Shown here one piece after another: positions 60,930-64,000 of a DNA stretch of 64,000 nucleotides. The stretch is from Steroidobacteraceae bacterium (lineage in GTDB: Bacteria; Pseudomonadota; Gammaproteobacteria; Steroidobacterales; Steroidobacteraceae). The first letter of the stretch is position 1, and each line of letters begins with the position of its first letter. Position numbers and translations under genes: made by a program. Below the pieces are notes generated by a model. The model was given only the letters and a program-made list of their open reading frames with translations, searched no databases and was not told where the DNA came from. The stretch lies in NCBI GenBank assembly GCA_036493935.1, contig DASXOY010000001.1:64702-128701 (forward strand). Direction: 5' to 3'.

Positions 60930-63521
60930 ATGGCCGAGATCGCACGCGAAATATTGCCCGTAAATCTCGAAGACGAGATGCGCAAGTCTTACCTGGATTA
61001 CGCGATGAGCGTGATCGTCGGCCGCGCTTTGCCGGATGTTCGTGACGGGCTTAAGCCGGTGCATCGGCGCGTGCTGTACGCGATGCGCGAACTCAGCAAT
61101 GACTGGAACAAGGCCTACAAGAAATCCGCCCGCGTCGTAGGCGATGTCATCGGCAAGTACCATCCACACGGCGACGCCTCCGTGTATGACGCAATCGTGC
61201 GCATGGCGCAAGAATTCTCGATGCGCTATCTGTTGGTCGATGGACAGGGGAATTTCGGCTCGGTAGACGGCGATCCGCCGGCGGCGATGCGCTACACCGA
61301 AGTTCGCATGTCGAGGTTGGCGGGGGAGTTGCTGGCCGACATCGACAAGGAAACGGTCGATTTCAATCCCAACTACGATGAATCCGAGAGCGAGCCTGCG
61401 GTCCTTCCGGCGCGCATCCCGAACCTGCTGATCAATGGCTCTTCAGGAATCGCTGTCGGGATGGCGACCAACATCCCGCCGCACAACCTGACCGAGATCA
61501 TTACTGCCTGCATCGCACTCATTGAAAATCCGGAGATTACGCTGGGGCAATTGATGCAAATAGTGCCCGGTCCGGATTTTCCGACGGCAGGCTTCATCAA
61601 TGGAGCGCAGGAAATTGTCGCGGCGTACAAGACGGGCCGCGGCCGCCTGCATTTGCGCGCGCGGACTCATTTCGAGGACGTCGGCAAGGGCGAGCGCCAA
61701 GCCATCATCATTACCGAGTTGCCCTACCAGGTGAACAAGGCGCGCTTGATCGAACGCATCGCGGATCTGGTGCGCGACAAGCTCATCGAGGGAATTGCTT
61801 CCGATGGCCTGCGCGACGAGTCTGACAAGGACGGCATGCGCGTGGTGATCGAATTGAAGCGCGGCGAAGTTCCCGAGATTTTGCTGAACAATTTGTACGC
61901 GCAGACCCCCATGGAACAGGTGTTCGGCATCAACATGGTGGCACTGGTGGATGGCCAGCCGCGGCTGCTTAGTCTCAAGGAGATGCTTGACGCGTTTCTC
62001 CGCCATCGGCGCGAAGTCGTCACCCGGCGCACGGTATATGAGCTGCGCAAGGCGCGCGAACGCGGTCATATCCTCGAGGGCTTGGCCATCGCGCTCGCCA
62101 ACATCGACGAGATCATCGCCGCCATCAAGGCGTCTCCCTCTCCCGCCGAGGCGAAGGTTGCGTTGATGTCGCGGCCATGGAGATCCGGCGCCGTCCCGGA
62201 GATGCTGGCGCGCGCAGGCGCCATCAGCACGCGGCCGGAGGGTGAGGTTGCCGCACTGGGGATAGTGGAGGGCGGATATCGGCTGACCGACGCGCAGGCG
62301 CAAGCGATTCTGGAAATGCGCTTGAACCGGCTGACGGGCCTCGAACAAGACAAGATCATCGCTGAATTTCAGGAGCTCTTGGAGCAGATCCGCGATCTAT
62401 CGGATATTCTCGCGCGGCCGCAGCGTTTGCTGGAAGTCATTCGGCAGGAGCTGGAATACATCCGCGATACCTTCGGCGATAAGCGCCGTACCGAAATCCT
62501 CGTCAATCACGAGGATCTGACCACCGAAGATCTCATCTCGCCCGAAGATGTCGTGGTCACGCTGTCCCACGGCGGCTATGCCAAGGCGCAACCGGTATCG
62601 GACTACCAGGCACAGCGCCGCGGCGGCCGTGGCAAGGCGGCCACGACCGTCAAGGACGAGGACTTCGTCGACAAGCTGTTCGTGGCCAACACTCACGACA
62701 CGCTGTTGTGCTTTTCCGACCGCGGCAAATTGTACTGGCTCAAGGTCTATCAGCTGCCCCAGGCAAGCCGCGGATCGCGCGGCAAACCAATCGTGAATCT
62801 GCTGCCGCTGCAGGAGGGAGAGCGCATCAGCGCGATGCTGTCCATCAAGGATTTTGAAGAAGGCAAATTCGTATTCATGGCGACCAGCCTCGGTACCGTG
62901 AAAAAGACGTCGCTGGCGCTATTCTCGCGGCCGCGCGCCAGCGGCATCATCGCGGTGGCATTGGATCCTGGCGATAAGCTCGTGGGAGTAGCGATTACCG
63001 ACGGCACCAAGGATATTTTGCTGTTCACGAGCGGCGGCAAGGCGATTCGATTCGTCGAGGATGAAGTTCGCCCCATGGGGCGCGAGGCGGCCGGCGTGCG
63101 CGGCGTCAAGCTGAGCGACGAGCAGCGGGTGAACGCGTTGATCGTTGCCGAGGATGGTTTCATCCTCACCGCATCGCAAAACGGATTCGGCAAATTGACG
63201 CCGCTTCAAGATTTTCCGAAACATGGCCGCGGCGGCCAGGGCGTCATCGCGCTTCAGATTACCGACCGCAACGGAATCATGGTCGGCGCGCTGCAGGTCA
63301 GCCTCGATGATGAGATCATGCTCATGAGCCAAAACGGCGTGCTGGTGCGCACGCCCGTGAAGGATATTTCCGTGGTGGGGCGCAACACGCAAGGGGTGCG
63401 TCTGATCCGCTTGGAAGAGGGCGATCAGCTCTCCGGCCTCGAGCGCATCGAGGGACTGGCGGGCGAAGGCGAGGATGCTGAAGCCGAGCCGATAGCGCCG
63501 CCGCCAAGCGATCTACCGTAA
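60930..63521 (+). CDS. gyrA: DNA gyrase subunit A
   Basis: [38 protein letters not shown]; [24 protein letters not shown]; active-site region AAMRYTE; C-terminal beta-pinwheel repeats and an acidic tail. Confidence 0.97.
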   Translation: MAEIAREILPVNLEDEMRKSYLDYAMSVIVGRALPDVRDGLKPVHRRVLYAMRELSNDWNKAYKKSARVVGDVIGKYHPHGDASVYDAIVRMAQEFSMRYLLVDGQGNFGSVDGDPPAAMRYTEVRMSRLAGELLADIDKETVDFNPNYDESESEPAVLPARIPNLLINGSSGIAVGMATNIPPHNLTEIITACIALIENPEITLGQLMQIVPGPDFPTAGFINGAQEIVAAYKTGRGRLHLRARTHFEDVGKGERQAIIITELPYQVNKARLIERIADLVRDKLIEGIASDGLRDESDKDGMRVVIELKRGEVPEILLNNLYAQTPMEQVFGINMVALVDGQPRLLSLKEMLDAFLRHRREVVTRRTVYELRKARERGHILEGLAIALANIDEIIAAIKASPSPAEAKVALMSRPWRSGAVPEMLARAGAISTRPEGEVAALGIVEGGYRLTDAQAQAILEMRLNRLTGLEQDKIIAEFQELLEQIRDLSDILARPQRLLEVIRQELEYIRDTFGDKRRTEILVNHEDLTTEDLISPEDVVVTLSHGGYAKAQPVSDYQAQRRGGRGKAATTVKDEDFVDKLFVANTHDTLLCFSDRGKLYWLKVYQLPQASRGSRGKPIVNLLPLQEGERISAMLSIKDFEEGKFVFMATSLGTVKKTSLALFSRPRASGIIAVALDPGDKLVGVAITDGTKDILLFTSGGKAIRFVEDEVRPMGREAAGVRGVKLSDEQRVNALIVAEDGFILTASQNGFGKLTPLQDFPKHGRGGQGVIALQITDRNGIMVGALQVSLDDEIMLMSQNGVLVRTPVKDISVVGRNTQGVRLIRLEEGDQLSGLERIEGLAGEGEDAEAEPIAPPPSDLP

Positions 63522-63527
63522 ATTACC

Positions 63528-64000
63528 GTGCGCGCGTTCAACTTCTCGCCGGGCCCCGCCGTACTGCCGCTCGAGGTTCTGGAGAAAGCGCGGGATGAAT
63601 TGCTCGACTGGGACGGCAGCGGCATGTCCGTGATGGAAGTCAGCCATCGCAGCAAGGCCTTTCTCGAGGTGGCGGCCCAGGCGGAGGCGGATTTGCGCGA
63701 ATTGATGGCTGTTCCGCCGAACTACAAAGTCCTGTTCATGCAGGGCGGGGCATCCGCGCAATTCTCGCTGGTGCCCATGAATCTCGCAGCGGCAAGCTCC
63801 ACCGTTGACTACATAAACACCGGTCACTGGTCCCAAAGAGGCATGACCGAAGCGGCGCGCTACTGCGCGGTGCACGTGGCGGGCGATGCGGGCGGCGGCT
63901 ATATGCGTGTGCCGCCGCAGTCGGAATTGCGCTTCAGCGGGCATTCGGCATACGTGCACTACACCCCGAATGAAACCATCAGCGGCGTCGAATTCGGCTA
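63528..64000 (+). CDS. serC: Phosphoserine aminotransferase SerC, N-terminal part (continues beyond the window end)
   Basis: Absent from the ORF track because it is open at the edge. The GTG at 63528 gives MRAFNFSPGPAVLPLEVLEKARDELLDWDGSGMSVMEVSHRSKAF...VLFMQGGASAQF. Follows gyrA. Confidence 0.9.
   Translation, partial: MRAFNFSPGPAVLPLEVLEKARDELLDWDGSGMSVMEVSHRSKAFLEVAAQAEADLRELMAVPPNYKVLFMQGGASAQFSLVPMNLAAASSTVDYINTGHWSQRGMTEAARYCAVHVAGDAGGGYMRVPPQSELRFSGHSAYVHYTPNETISGVEFG

Overview
GC-rich proteobacterial chromosomal core, most likely gammaproteobacterial: smc-zipA-ligA, gyrA-serC, and a gyrA / amidohydrolase-ubiG-gph ... yciK neighbourhood that I recall from Pseudomonas. I call about 56 densely packed protein genes, many joined by 1-8 nt overlaps. 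I found no rRNA, tRNA, CRISPR array, transposase, integrase, phage gene or recognisable defence system. Gene order from the left: corA (partial); a five-gene RND efflux plus two-component operon; M28 peptidase; CBS protein and EamA transporter; tamA-tamB; S10 peptidase; cfa-like methyltransferase; PQQ beta-propeller dehydrogenase; VOC-ArsR-SRPBCC operon; yadGH-like ABC-2 exporter; NAD-type isocitrate dehydrogenase; DUF1415; GNAT; lpxL; an RRM RNA-binding protein; rimP-nusA-infB-rbfA-truB-rpsO-pnp; phaR; dksA-gluQ; queF; smc-zipA-ligA; parvulin PPIase; a yciB-bolA fusion; yciO; M50 protease; trpS; scpA-scpB-rluB-like; alpha/beta hydrolase; yciK; squalene/phytoene-synthase-like; rmuC; gph; ubiG; amidohydrolase; gyrA; serC (partial). 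I do not see a convincing novel multi-gene system, so this reads as an ordinary housekeeping region. The observations worth a second look are single-gene or regulatory oddities. (1) A one-cysteine DksA with a possible ~125-aa Lys/Ala/Pro-rich histone-like tail. (2) A GluQ-RS gene with no ATG/GTG/TTG start, whose conserved N-terminus abuts the dksA stop in the +1 frame. (3) A YciB-BolA single-ORF fusion. (4) Three enzyme homologues within 8 kb whose catalytic motifs look eroded: rluB-like, squalene-synthase-like and the ubiG-linked amidohydrolase. (5) A promoter followed by tandem intrinsic terminators in the rimP-nusA-infB leader. All family assignments come from my own reading of the translated ORFs and recalled family motifs; no database search was run.
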